From Hyphochytrium catenoides (taxonomy: Eukaryota; Protista; Hyphochytriomycota): 64,000 nucleotides of DNA. The position numbers and the translations under genes are program-made. The notes under the pieces are model-generated. The model was not told the DNA's origin. It saw only the letters and a program-made list of their open reading frames with translations, and did no database searches. The first letter of the stretch is position 1; the number at the start of each line of letters is the position of its first letter. The stretch lies in assembly GCA_900088475.1 (NCBI GenBank), contig FLMG01001379.1:1-64000 (forward strand). The letters run 5' to 3'. Shown piece by piece: positions 47,815-62,200 of this stretch.

Positions 47815-49424
47815 TGGGGCTCGTGCAGATCGAGCTTCTCCCTAGGCGATGTTCAGTGTCTCCATGCAATCTTCGCCATGGTGCCAATCACTTGAGCCCC
47901 ACACTTCCACAAAGCGTTTCCCTTGACTCTACTGTTCGACTTGTACCTGATGTCGTCGCCCGCGTGAAGACTAGACAGCCCCTACTACCTATAGGGAACG
48001 AGTTCCATCTGAGACCGCGACTCAGAAGGTGAGGTCCTCAACCCGTGCGCCGCATGGTCAGCTTCTCTCTATGAACAACTCCTCTTACTATAAAGAACGA
48101 CGTGCACCATATGAGCGAAGCAGCAGCAATGTTCTTCTGTCTATCATTTTATTGTTAAAGATCTGATCTGGTTAACACTGTGACGAAAAGAAGCGTTTTT
48201 AAGGTAACCTTATACATGGTTTACATAAGTAGTAAGGGTAAAGGCCTTTATTTTACTGTACGGGCGGCATTGCATGACCTGCTGACACGGACCAGATATC
48301 TTCGTATAGTTTCGGTCAGTGAAGCCGTGAAGCTGGCTGATCTTTTGACCATCATCAAGTTACAGAGGGAGCATACAGTCAAGGAGGACATAGAACAGCT
48401 AGAACAATCGTGCCATCTTTTTATAGGAGTTCATGAGAGGGAGGCGCACATCATCAGTCATATAGTGTGACATAGCTATTATATGTCGGTACCGCTAATT
48501 ATAATCTGTCGATATTATAGTATCACCTCACGCCACAATCTCACTTTCTAGCAGCAGCAAGCCTAGCAGTACAAGCCGTAAGGCCCCGCTTTAGCCTTGC
48601 AGTAGTAGGTTGAAGCACGTTACTACCTTATTATGACAGAGGACCTGAGATCAAGGTTTGGAAGGATAAATCACAATCTACTTTCATAAATAACATCCGC
48701 GTCGCATTGACGATGCTTATCTTTATTTCTCATAATACTGATTATAAGGGCTGCTTACTAGCATTCAATGCATCTTCAGACGATTGCAGATTCTCTTGTC
48801 CTTAATATTTTCCTCCTTCCTTCGTCTTCTTCAGATGAGCTGATTGGCGCGTATTCACCCATATACGATGAGTGCTGTTGTCTACGTCTCTTTTTCCTTT
48901 ATTCAGCGCGGAGTGATATTGCCCCTCCTCCTGCTGCCTTGTTGAATCACTTCCTTCCTGACAAGAACCACCGTTGGTCCCCGAGTGCTCCCTCTTGTGT
49001 CAAATTATTTCTTTCTTTCTTTTTCCCGCATTTCTTCCTCTTCTTGCACCGTCTTTTCCCACTTCTTTTGGGTGGTGAAGGCCAGCAGTTGCTGTTGACG
49101 GTGGCGTAACTCACATAATTCCCCTCCTTCCATCAAGAAATCTTCCAGGAAGAGGGTTGGTTGAGATGAAGAGTCATAGAGCCGGCGGACATGATTCTCC
49201 TTGCTCTTGAAGAACTGCAAGATAACTACGGGCGTCTTTGAAAGCCATGGTCACGTGAGAAGCCACCTATAATTGTATCTACCATAGCTCATGTTGCCTA
49301 CAACAAACTAATTAAAAATCTACAGGCTAAGTTTGTTACGCATCGCCTCAGGGGCTTAGGGTTGATTCAAGAGCGGATCGGCCACTTTTCGTCACGAGAC
49401 CTTTCAGTATTGAGACCGTCCATA

Positions 49425-50133
49425 CTATCTAGTGATGACGCCTATTATAGTCTTCTTTCTGTCAACACGATGACAGAAGAGAAGCATCTCCTTGTTGTTG
49501 GGGCAGTATGCTTGCAGGTGCCGCAGTATATGTCGCAGCATCATGCGGTTCAACAGCTTCGATGATTTAGCCAGACTCGGAGAACACAGTCTTAGGTAAG
49601 ACGTCGGGTAGGCGTGGTTCCTGAGCATTAGCAGCTTTTTGAGAGGGTCCACGACCCGATCGTACTCTCTGGCTATCGCTGTCATCTTATAGCAGGTACT
49701 GCTAGGCGTCTACAATAGGGACCGGTCCGCTCCTCTCTGATGTTCACACTCTCATCAAACAATATAAAAAATAGTAGTGACCGCATACTCACAGACCTCA
49801 ATCCTTCGGGATACACAAGTTGATGGGTTCGCGCCTTCCAGTCGTGATGATGGTGTATATTGTATCCCTGCTCACCTTATTCCATATAGAAAACTGATGA
49901 CTGATGACGGCAAAGGGTTTGGGGTGACACTGTGGCCTCCTCTCTATCATCAACCGGTAAGGCCATCTGAATGATCTGCAGCACCATTTGACAATGTGGT
50001 CAGCTGTCAAAGATCTTGAGCTGGTTGGCACTTCCTTCCTTGGTCGGCATAATAGCCGGTCAAGACCCAAAACGAAAAAGAGCTTGTCCTCACTACCCTT
50101 GAAAGGAAGCAGAAGCCCGCCACCAGTGTCCAT
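49425..50133 (-). CDS. Hypothetical protein (probably spliced; boundaries uncertain)
   Basis: Two minus-strand ORFs (49798-50133 and 49425-49685) are separated by a gtgagc...tgtag intron-like segment. No family recognised. Confidence 0.3.
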
Positions 50134-50725
50134 CCTCCATACAGTTCCTAGTGCGGTAGGTTCTTAGGAAGGGAAGGGTGGACAGTGGGAGGAAAAACTG
50201 TGTTTCTGACCCCTGGATACAGGCTTGCTAACACTATACGAAAGGTAAGTGGTCTTATAACTGATCAGCTGTCCCGTGTAAGGAGGTAGGTGCGGGGGTT
50301 GACCGAAAGATGCGAATCATCATCCTTCCAATCCATCATCTTGCTGCCTGATGACACTTCATCACTCCGAGAGCTCATGCTACTCTCCTCTCCCAACAGA
50401 TAGAGCTAGCAAGGAGGAGATGACCCCTAGCAGAGAATGGTAAAGTCCATGAAGGCAAGGAAGAGGCGTAGACTTTGCGCTGCCATCATCCTTTCTACAT
50501 CGACGATCAAGGATGAGCTGACCGCAGCATAGAACCACATTGTCCGAGCATGAAGCGAAAGAGATTGTTATCATAGATAGATACGGAGCCGGAGACAGAA
50601 GTCGACCTTTGATCGATTCACAGACCGCGGTCTCTTTTGCCAAAGAACAAAGGGGCAGGAGAGTGACTAACAAAGGAACTGGAGCTGTTCACAGCTTGGA
50701 TTTGTAACTTCGCAAGACTCGAGCC

Positions 50726-52128
50726 ATGGAGAGCGCAGGAATCGACGTCACGGGCGCCGAAGACTGCGAGTCTTTTGAGCTTTGTCAGTCTGATGGCTTC
50801 AGCGAAGTCTTTTATGACACAAGAAACACAACGGTGACACCACTCTTTGAAGCTGGCAGCAGAGAAGAGGTAGAAAGGAGAGATAGCTTGAGTAAGTGGC
50901 ATTCTATGCTTTAACGGTTCGGTTCCCATCCTTACTATTGTTTGTGTCTTTAGTTAGTAGCACCATTGATAGTGCCAAAGAGGCCCTGGGATCAGCCATG
51001 ACGGATGAGCAGCTGGCTTCGCATGCCTCTAGAGTGAAACAGTTGTTGACGCAGATGCTATCTGGAGACAGATGTGTGAAGTTGGTGGCCACTGTCGTCT
51101 CTGGTCTGTTGATTGCCTCTAGGGCAATGCAGAATATCACCTTCTGCAAGGCAGCTGCCGCAAGTCTAAGACAGTCTGCTACAGTCATCCGGCAGCCCAT
51201 AGTGACTAACACTATGGCGAGATGCTTGGATGTTGCGGCTATAGCATTAGAGAACGAGCAGGTGACTACAAGTCTATCAAATTCATTGGCTCAAACTGCG
51301 GCGACCCTAGAGAATGAGACTGTGGCAGCCACCGTGGAAGTCACTGCGGAATCGTTGGAGAAAGCCTTTGACAAAACAATGAAGATAATGAACCTTGCAC
51401 TTCAGAACGAACGGCTCTCTGAGGTTGCCCACAAGATTTCTACCAATGAAGTGGTCAAGCAATCAGTCACAAAGACTGTTGAGATTATGGAGCAGGCTAT
51501 GGAGACATCTGCTGTGAGGACGACTGTACAAACCGGGAAGTACATAGCGCGCAAGACTCTAAGCAACAGACATGTGCAAACTGTTGGAAAGACTGCATTA
51601 GATGTAGCCTTCAGAGTAGCAGGAGACGAACGAGTCCAGACATTCGCTAGCAAGAATATAGAGTTTGCGGCAACGGCAGCGAGTGCAGTAGTCAACAATC
51701 AAGGCTTTAACAAGGCTTTCCGTCTAGGCTCGGATGTCGCGACGGCTGGAATGAGCGCAGTTGAATCTATCTGGGTCTATGCCTCGGCACCAGCAAGTCT
51801 GGTCCCGGCCTCTTTTCAGAAAAGAACACCTGAAAGACAGCTACTTCTCGACGTGGTTGACGAATGTGGGCTAAGCGGACAATGTAGCGACCTCCATGCA
51901 CTGTTAGCTGAGAGTGAGGCAGCCAGACGCGCTCTCATGACTTTGGCTCTACAAGCAAGAAAGGAACTTGAAAGCGAAAGACATGCCCATGCCCGCACAT
52001 TGGACTATGCCAACGAACTCTCTATAGCTCTTGCAGCAGGAGTTCGGAGACTCAACCCTGACATCCATCTTCACAAGAAGCAGACTGATATTGCTTTGGA
52101 TGGTCGTCTGTTTGCCCCTGTTCACTAA
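50726..52128 (+). CDS. Hypothetical Ala/Thr/Val-rich helical protein, 2 exons
   Basis: Exon 1 MESAGID...RRDSL is followed by gtaagt, then the long ORF 50896-52128 with amphipathic helical pseudo-repeats and a C-terminal coiled coil. Confidence 0.65.
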
Positions 52129-53210
52129 GTGGCTTCTACTCCTATTCTCAGGGCTCCCTTGCAAATGGTTTCTGTGAGAAGAGCTTCAAGGTCAAAGCCC
52201 GCTCTAAGCTATTGCGACGGGCCTTGGCGCTTTGCGTCGAGCAACGTAATCTTTAGCACATGTAAATAGAAGATTTCCATCGCTCTACAGCTTAGTACTC
52301 CATCTAATAGCAGTCATTGCATGTTGTTCTCTTTTCAATCTCACTCGATCTATAGCGTTAGCTGGCTAAGATGAATCTTCATGGCTAGAGCCCTCACGAC
52401 CTAATTGATGATAAACAGGACCAGAGACGTCACCAGGCTAACTAACTAGACAATAATCCTTAGCTGTCCGGGCGACCAGTTCGGTGCTGTAACCTTGGCC
52501 AGCCCTTCGTTACGATGGCCCTCAGGGTTGGCTGCTAGCGTTCGCAGGATTACCTCTTCGTGCTGGTCTGAGCACCTTGAGAAACTAAATCACGCGGGCC
52601 TGAACCTGGAGATACCGTCGTCCTTCAATGCCGCTGGCGGATCTCGTTGTTGGTTGCGGCTGATGAGCCGATGAGTAGCAAAAAACCTTTCTGCCTTCTT
52701 CTCGTCCAAATGATGCGAATGTCCCTTCCAAGCGTCATCACTCCCTGACTTGGAACATCAGTTAGACTTACTCGACTTGGAGACTATGACCACTTCGACC
52801 GTTACCGGCATTTCCTCATAAATATACCACAACGGACACTCGCATCAACGCGAACATCAACCAAGCTCATGATGTGCCGTCGCCTAGGGCTTTCTGCTTC
52901 TTACGACTTGCCCACTCTGCTCTGTGCTCGACGGCAGTGAGCTCAACAAGTGGCATTCCTAGTCTTCTTTTAGGCGCTGGTGTGTGGCGTGGTTCACATA
53001 GTGATTGGTTGACTGACAATGGTTGCCTGGATCGGGCTCAGGACATCAAGCGCCAGATGGAAGCTCGCAGATCGTACCTACGATAGAGTCCAAAGGAGGA
53101 AGCGGCCATAAGAGGTTCGCTTTTAACATAGACAGCTGCCCATCGCCGAGGATGGACGACAGCAGCTCTCCCCACTATTGTCCTTCCACCAGTGCCTAGA
53201 TAAGGGCAGA

Positions 53211-56200
53211 ATGGAGCCATCACCTGGGGGAGACATGCCCGATCTGGTGACTGAAGGGAGTGAAGGCAGGTCATCCACTCGGGGCGACTCAGACGCGACC
53301 GAGGCGGGGAGGGCTGGAAGGGGGATCTCGAAGGCCCAGGAACATCTTGACCACTGCCTTGCGGACTTCGTCGCATCGTGTAGCGATTATTACACCTTGC
53401 TGCATCAGCGAACCTCTTCAAGGGCTGGGTCAAAGTCCTTTGTCGACGTCGTGAGAACCAAGCTTCTGACCCTTTATGATGCCGTCACCCACGTGTGGCA
53501 GAGTGAGGTAAGCACCATTTTCGGAACCTCCTTGCGGCAGTATTATTAACAGGCGGAGTCTTCTCCTGGTAGGACGACAATTGCTGCAGGAGCATCTTTG
53601 AGCAGAAGCTTCAGGACAGGCCTCTAGACACCATTCTTGGCATCCTTCTAACTACCTCATCTTTAGAGAAACCTTTGCATACACCCGTAAGTTCATAACG
53701 ATACAAGCAAGATAATCTCTGACTTTTGGATCTTCAGGCGCTGCATCTGCTCTCTGGGCTCGGGTATCACCCCTCCGTTAAGCTAATGCTGGCCCAGAAT
53801 GTCTCAGTTTGGCAGTCGATCTTCAAGTTTCTAGCCAACGAGATAAATGATGCGTCCGCCTCCCAGATGGAGGTGGAAGCGTTTACCCTGATCAATGACC
53901 TGCTTGGTATCAAAGATGGACCGAACAAACTTATCTCCTGCTTTCGTTCGTTTCCTGAGGTCTTTCAGTATTGTGTGCGACAGTCAACGTCTCAAAATCC
54001 AATTGTCAAGGCTGCAGTTAGTTGCATGCTGGAGAAGCTCGTTAACGACCCGGATGATGTAATCAGAAGTGGGAATGAGGTTTTACTGCTAGGTTTGGAA
54101 GTTTCCCAATTGATATCCATGGTGCAATGTGCTGTGCCCTTGGCCTGCTCTCGTGCCCTGGACGCCCTGAGTATCTTGCTCGATAGGGGTAAGGAGCAAT
54201 TTCTGATGGGTGCTCGGCCCGCCAGGAGCTAACCTCTCAATTGTTAGGGCTTTTAAATGGTTCAAAGAGTATTGAAGCGCCAGTTCATTGGGGTTATCTT
54301 CTGTGTTCTTCAGTCGCATCCCGCCATTCCTGGAATAAGCGGCTGTTTGTGATGAATAAGGAGTATTTATTTAGGTGATTACTGGCCCTGTCTCCCACTG
54401 ACTTCTTTGTTGACATCATTTTAGCTACGTGCAACTGCTACTGTTCCCTAACCTCAATTATCTCGATTCAGTGACCCTTGCGTGCCGTAGGTATGGAGAT
54501 GGTACATCTGCGGTGGCGAAAGAGAAATATTACCTCCCAAGCCTCACTCTGAAGATGACCGGTCGGTGATCTTTTAAGCTCTTGTTCCTCTTTCATGGAA
54601 GTCATCTCACTCAATCTTCCATATACTCTGCTCTAATCTACTAGATGGAAATACTACCATCCACCTTTGTCCTGAATTTACGGCGGCCCCAGTCATTGCT
54701 CTTCGCTCTAACGGGGACGACTCTGGCATACTCTCCTGCTGGTATGAAGCGCTGGCAAACGCGATCACTGTTGGAACACCAGATCGGCTTGATCGTGGGC
54801 TCACACAGGGACGCGATATCAAGAGGCCTTCCGGCCCTCCTTATTTTGGAATGGATGATATGAAGTTTGTCTCCCTTTCGGATATTAACCTAGAGGTTTT
54901 GATGGAACAGGTAGCATACGAAGAAGATCTACGGCATTTGCGCCTCGACTAACTGCTACTGACTCCACCTCCCTCTTCTCTCGTGTCTCGCATTTGTCCC
55001 TCCCCCGCTCTCCGCTTCTTTTCGCTTCTCTTACCTTAGCTGGCGAACTTATTGCAAATATCTAGAAGTCCAGCTGTCCTAGAATCAGCCACACGTGTAC
55101 TTTCTATCATATCATCCTCTGGTAGCCAGAGCCATCGCGCAATCCTTCTGGCTTGCAGCATCCCACACCTAGCACTGCACCATGTCCGGTCCCCAAACCA
55201 GAGAGTTCAGGAGTATGCTGCCAGGGCGCTTTCCAATCTTACAGACGAGTACGATCTAGAGCCAGGTAAAGTTGACGGTTTTTTGGGTTGTACGAACTCG
55301 CATCTCTCGTGAGTTCCAAAGCTACGTTATATTTGACTCGAGCGCGTGTTATTCACATTGTCCACCTCACCTGCTGACCTTCTGCCTTAATACATTGCTA
55401 TATAATACTTCTTAGACGGTATGCTTAGCCGACGCCCTATCGTGAATATCGTTTCTAATACAGGCAAGAACAGCAAATCCCATATCGACATCTGCCAGTT
55501 TTTGCTGGCAGCAGGAGCTATTGAAGGCGCCTGGATGGGCCTTCAATCTAGGCGAATTAAAACTGTGCTCTATTCGGCTAGGACCATAGTAAATCTGGAG
55601 TTGTTTCGAGCCAAACACCCCGAAGGACAAGAGCCGAGCTCAAATTCTACACGCACACCGTCCATGTCCTCCTCCCAATCCTTTTACTTTCTGAGGGGCC
55701 TCTTGAGCATAGCAGAGGAACACGCACTGACTGACGATGACGAAGTCGAGGTTGCGGTTGCTGTAGTAGAGCTCCTTCTGATGAAGGCTGCCTTCAGCTC
55801 AGATAAGGAGGTTTGTGCTAAACCAAATTTGAAGTGATACAAAGCTAAATAGCGAAGGGCAGTGTGGGTTGATTATGAAGTCAGGAGCTTGAAGAGAACA
55901 CCAATTTACATAGAAGAAGGGACGGGTAAAGGAAGCGACGGCGACAGAAGGAAAGTAGCTCTGAACGGAAAGCGAGTTATTGCAATGGGCGGAATGGTCT
56001 AGGGAAAACGAAGAGGGTCAAAAGGAATCAGTATCCATTCTTATAGAGCTTTTCCTTCCCGCCACTTTGTGACCATTAGGCTATCGTGAGAGAAGGCGGT
56101 GTGGATTACCTGTTGCATGTCTCCCGGCTGACTCCGCAAAGAAAGTTTCTCGGTGGCCTTCTAGACCTTCCGCTAAAGCGCCTGATTTCCATTCTATGTG

Positions 56201-59200
56201 AAGTTGGCAGTTCTGGTAAGTAAAGAAACTGTCCCGCATGCCCTCTTCCCTTCTTTTTTTTCCTTTTGGGATGCGCTAACGTAATACTCTTACAGCTTCC
56301 GGGAATGTCACTCTATCGCACCTGGAGCTCTTGATGTTTACGAAGCAGGCGGACTTAGTCAAGCTTTCTCTTTCTCTCGCCCTGCAGAAGCTAAGCGCCT
56401 CTTTGCCGTCGTCACTTATTCCCGATGCACAACCCTCACGCTTGTGGATGGACGCCACACCCTCTCTGCTTGACCCGTTATCTCAGCCTGCTGTACCGGA
56501 TGTGAGGAGAGCGATGGCGGATATCCTGCAAGAACTGTCAAAGGATGAAGAAGTGTCACTCAAATGCCCCCTCCCCAACATCGTTAGTCAAATGACTATT
56601 CAAACCTCAATTTCAGGAGGTCCCACACTATCAAGCCCTCAATCGCCTCGTCATCGGCCTAGCTATCTTTCCCGGATCCTACACACCATGGGGGAAGCCT
56701 TACGAAAGGGATATGCCGAATCGAGTACAGATATCCTGTTAAGATCTCTAGATTGCCTTTACCTGTTGTCATATTTTCCTGTCGCCTCGGCAAGGATGCG
56801 CCAGTTAGGTGCTCACTTGAGCCTATGTGAATGTTTGGCTGCACCCATTTCGGTTGTTCTACAACTGAAGGCAGCCAGGATCTATCTTTACCTCCTGCTA
56901 ATGTGTTCCAAGGTTACTGCTCTTGATCCTCAGTTAGAGGTAAGCTAAAGGAGTTAGATCCTGGTGGAGATCCACGTTGCCCTTCCTCGATATTCCCTCA
57001 GACTACTGGTGACTTAGACTAATCCCAAGCCTCAACTTGATGGGACGACTCATTCAACAAATACGCAGACTCTTCATGGCTAAGTCTTCTATGTCATTGC
57101 AGGTGACCCCTCTTCTCCTCTGCCTTCGCCGAACACGAGACCTGGATTGCGAGAAGGAGTCATCTTCTGTGGAACTGATGTTAACACTGTTATCAATCCT
57201 CACACTCTCTTCCCACTCAAATCCCAAACCGGAGTCAGGGCCAATTGGAGACTCCGTGGCGGCTGATATTGAAAACAACCGTCAATCAATCAGTGCTTGT
57301 GGGGGCTTAGCCGTCCTGTCCTCTTGTCTAGGTCATCCTCGGACACTGATCGTCACTCGCGCATGCGAGGCTTTGGCGTCTATCTTTCGTTCAGAGTAAG
57401 CAACAGTTGACGGCTATACCTCAGACAAGGAGAATAAAGGGGAGGGGCATCGAATTGAACAAGTGTTTAGTAAGGCGTATGTACCTCGCGCACTCAGAAC
57501 CCATTAAAGGTGAAGGGTCAGCAAGCAAGGGTACTATTGAGTATAAATCAACTAGGAAGGAACAGCTTATGCTTTGTCCGGTTAGCTGTTATTGATACCC
57601 TTTTCTCATCATCTCCCTTTTCAGGAGTCTAGCGGAGAGATACTTCTACAATAACATGGACGGAGTTACTTGCTTGGCGGGCTGCATGTTTCCCTCGGAC
57701 TTACAAACCGAAAGCTCCTCTTTCTCGTCGGCGTTCTCGACCTCAGACTTGCTTCAGCTTGAGGCCTCCCATACCTTGAAGGAGCTTTGCAAGACGCAGG
57801 CAATCAAAGCGTCACTTCTTCGGCTTACGGTGGGACAAAAGGGGCCCCGACGCATGCTTGTGGAACTCTTGGCAGCCCTTTGTTCTCAGAGGGAGGCATT
57901 GGAGAAAGATGTAAGTGAAGGTTAGGTTTGTTCCCGTTCCGTATAGTTGATATATTAATATCGGCCGTCTCTGGCCCCATCTCAGCTGGAAGCACTTCTG
58001 GAGGCCATGGTGACTGATAACAACGGGGATCTTGACGTAGTCCCTCTAGAGTGCATTCTAGATGTTTCAGCCCTTAAGTCCTTACTTAGGGTCAGAAGTA
58101 AGTTATGATACTAAACTGAAGTGAAGGGGCAGTAATGGCAACCGACGGTTTGCCCCTAGTGAGAACGCGTTGGTTTGCCCCTAGTGAGAACGCCTTCTGC
58201 CCTTGTCTGGTGCAGGGAGATTCGGGTTTTGAAGCGTTCTCTACTAACAGCCAGTTCGTCCTTGCACCATTAGGTCCAATTGTGGTCAGAGCCGGACTGG
58301 CGGTGTTAGCATCAAGAGCGGAAAGAGGATGCCTTCCCGCTATATCCGCACTTCCCTTCCCTTCACTAAAAGCTCGACTGCTGATCCCGCAAACTGGTGT
58401 TGTTGGCATGGTGCGGTCGTGGACTAGAAAGTAGGTGTATAGGCTTCTCACTGTTCACTGTATTTGCTCCTGCGTTGGCGAGCATCTTGTACTCTGCCGC
58501 TTGTATTAATGCAGCTTTGGTCCTTTTCGTCTTTCTCTGGTGTGGTCCACCATCCTCCTGTGCTTGTAGGTTGTTTGTTTTGAGCGAAGAGTATTTATAC
58601 CGATTTGATCTTAAGCCCGAACTCCTCGCGGAGGCTAGGGATAAAACGTGGCTTGGAGGATGCATTGTTAGACTTCAAGAGGTAACAAAACACCTCTCTC
58701 TACTGATGCGCGCTTTTGTCGTAACGTTTTCGGGCTAACTGGTTCTGGATGACCTTTTAACCTCGGCACCGTTGGTGTCACGGTCATATCTGTGGACATG
58801 GGGTGCGCCCCCTATGGTAGCTCAAATGTCTACGTAATAACTTGTCATCCTGTGGAGTGGAAGCTCAAGTGAGATTGAAGGCTAACCATCTATTTCGGCG
58901 TAGGCTCAAGGCCGACGATGTGTAGAGCTGTTGGAAAAGGCTGACACCTCATCGCCAGTGATGGTTTTTACTGCAGAAAGGGGAGAGTCAGGAGACGGGC
59001 AGCTGCTGGATTGGTTCCAGGCTATAGCTAGTATATGCAGCAAGTACGGCAACAGCGATGGTGAGCTGCTACACATTAGTTTGTAACGCCTTATTCTCAT
59101 CTACTCTCACTATGGCGATTGCATTCTGGTTTACCCTGTCTGTCTGCCATGTTTGTGGTCTCAGATCGTCTTTTACGAGAACAGTATGTTCCGCTAACTT

Positions 59201-62200
59201 GCGGTGTTCCTAGGCTCCCCAATTCTCTCTGCCCTAGACGATGGTAGTCGTCACCGCTCCTTCTCCATTGCGTCCTCCTTCTCACAGCTCTCCAAGACCA
59301 GCGGCTTGTCGTCTTCATCACTGCGTCCCACCTTCTCCAGCTCTTCCTCCGCTCGACGCCAGACTTATGGATTAACTGCACATTCAGCTCTCTCGTGGAA
59401 TGAGCTCGAGCCAGAGATATTTTTGCCACAGCTATTGGAGGTATATGTTGCCTGTTTTAAATCTGGCCTTTGCTACTTAGATGGGGTACTTTCGCTTAAT
59501 CCTCTCATGATCATCCCCCATCTGGTCCTCTCGCTATTGTCCCATCGTTCCATTGGATAGAACGTTGCGGCCGTAATGGGCCAACTCGAGTCCTTTGTAT
59601 CGTTTGCTAGTTACGTTTTTCAAGCAATGTAAATAGTGACTTTCCTTTGGCAGCTTATGAGCAGATTTGACGAGGATATCGTCAAAGAACAGCTAGGGCG
59701 CCTTCTTTCTACCTTGGCCGCAAGTCTACATCAGCGAAAACGAGGTTCGAAAAGCGCACAGACTAAGACGGCGAGCTGTTCTCGTCACTTCTTTTATCTT
59801 CTTTTGATCTTGTAGATCGCCATTCTCGACTCCTGTGTTATGTTCCGCTACTTATAATAATCATTTGCAGTCCCATTTCCTACTTTTGGCCTGCCACAAG
59901 GAAAGCTAATCCATGTCCCCTGACTGCATCGCGGACGCAGCTGTACTTTGCTCCCAAGAGTGCTTGCGAGGCTGCATCTCTTTGGTACGCTCGCGGAATC
60001 GTCGATGTGCAACGTATGGCGCGGCCATTCTTTGCAACCTCTTTGAGCCGCCATGTGCTGACACAATGGCAAATTTTTCAGGTAAGTCAGGAGTAGAAGC
60101 TACTGAGAGGGCAGTATTTCGGACTTTTGCGCTACTAAGCTGCATACTCTGGTTTTAACGATACCACTAAGACAGCAAGTCTTCGATAAATCGTGGCAGC
60201 CTCTCATACGCCATGTGTGCCTCTTCATAGATGCTCTCGCAACAGCTGGCATCACACATCGGCTTTCTCTCCTAGTCAAGGTCCGGACACCGGTCTCTAC
60301 ATATTACGCCTTGCGGGCCTTGTGGGCTATATGCCAGGTGAGATGACTCTCCAATCTCCTTGTAGTGCGGTCTCTCGATGGGCTGGCATCGCCTTTTTGG
60401 GCATTTGATGCATTGGGACCTAGCGGCCTGGGCGAGCAAATACAAGCGGCATCTGAGCACTATGTTGCAGTCCTCTTCCCGAAATTCGACCAGGGCTCTG
60501 GTAAGCACTGACGCTGAGTTCCTGAAAGCTGTCATCACTTCGCAATGGACCATCCAGCAACAAGTTGCGATAGGTAAACATTAATTTGATGTTCAGCTAC
60601 ATGTCTGATCAGCTTTTGAGCTTCAATCTGACCCTATTGAGTTATGTTATCACGTATTATTCTATCTCCTGTTCCCTAAGAACTATCAAACTAATGATCC
60701 CTCTTCCTTGTGTGCCATGGTACCCGTGCTCTATAGGGTATCAAGCTGTCGCCCTAATGAGGATAATGGCTTCAGACAGAAATGCCAAGGCATTGTTAGC
60801 GACTAGAGGGGGCCTGGACTACCTTTTACACCTCACTTCCTTCCTATCATCCGAAGCAGTGACCCCAAGTGGCCGACGTTTTTCAATGTTCTCCTTGCTA
60901 GTCTCTGAGAGAAGCAAAGAGAGGGATAAGACTTCGGGCTTTTCTCCACCTTCGCCTTCAACGGAATTAGAGATGTTTGATGTTGATACTCTGAGCGTAG
61001 ACGATCAAGGTGAGGACTCACACTAAGTGGAAAAACGTGTGCAATGGACTCAGCTCGCCTTTGAGATAGCTCAATCGAGGTAGTGGTAGGATAACGTGGG
61101 GGTTGCAGAAGGGCAGCTCACTGTTGAGCTAACGTACATGCTATTATCCGCTTCCGTTATTCCTTTCTAGTCGGAGCAGTGGATGACTTGAACGAACTTA
61201 TACGGAGAGCTGAGTTCACGCTGCGTACCCTCTTTGGGGAGGAGGATGAGGTTGTTGAGCTTCTGCCTCTTCCTCTTATACTAAGACTTTGTGACGCCAA
61301 GGTTGGGGAAGTGGTCGTTCAGGCAACAAGAGCATTAGCGAAGCTGTGTGCATCTGATTCCGTCAGGGAGAGCAACACCGAGAATGAACAAGGAGGTGGA
61401 CCTGGCGGAGATGGAGGATCCTTGCCAGATCAAACGGAAGGGGAGGAAGCTACGGGCCCCACGGACACACCCTTGCCGGAGGAGCTCGAAGAGCCATCAT
61501 CTGAGGAGAAGAGAACTATACGGGAAGAAGCTGCCAAGCAAGGTGATCTATGGCGATTTTTCTGACATGCTCATAATAAGAGCTGCAGTACACCTTGTAA
61601 TCAACGGTCTTTTATCCGATATTGGGCTTTACTACCTAAATCCGTTTCCCGAATGCTTTCCGTGCGAACTCTTGTTGCTCACTGAGACTCTTCGTGTTCC
61701 AGGGTTTCATCGCTTAACAACATTGATTGCCGAATCTCGAACGGGCTGCTTTGGCAAATCTAGTGCTCGGGTTCTGTTCTTCTCCCTTCTCGCCGTCAGA
61801 AATCTCATGAAAGACTCAAAGATACGGGACGAGGTCACAAAGTACGACATGAGGGTGGCAAGACTGCACTACTCTTACCTTGGTTTACCTGCATATACTC
61901 TTACAAACCGGTGGTCGTCTACTGAAAGTGTATCTGTGGGACCAAAATCTTTTCGTTGTGACCTCTGTTAGTGTGAAAGACGTAAGCGTCTAACTTGGTA
62001 TAGTGCGGTGCAGACATCCGTACACTAACACTAGATCCCCTCATGCATTTCCTCATTCTTCCTTGCAGGAACTATGTCTTGGACGCCCTTCGCCAAGTGC
62101 TTGAGGATTCAACTGTGTCCTACTCCACACGTTCAGTAGCTAGTTCTGCGATCACGCTGTGCCTACTGTCTCCTTATAACTTTGACGAAGAGGTGCTTGA

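Noticed and set aside
48315-48360. Minus-strand TGATGA...CTGA as a box C/D snoRNA
   Set aside because: The boxes are only about 40 nt apart, there is no recognisable rRNA guide, and TGATGA is common in intergenic DNA here.
49798-50133. FFVLGLDRLLC as an FCP1/NIF HAD phosphatase motif
   Set aside because: It lacks the DxDxT nucleophile and the downstream motifs are not recognisable.
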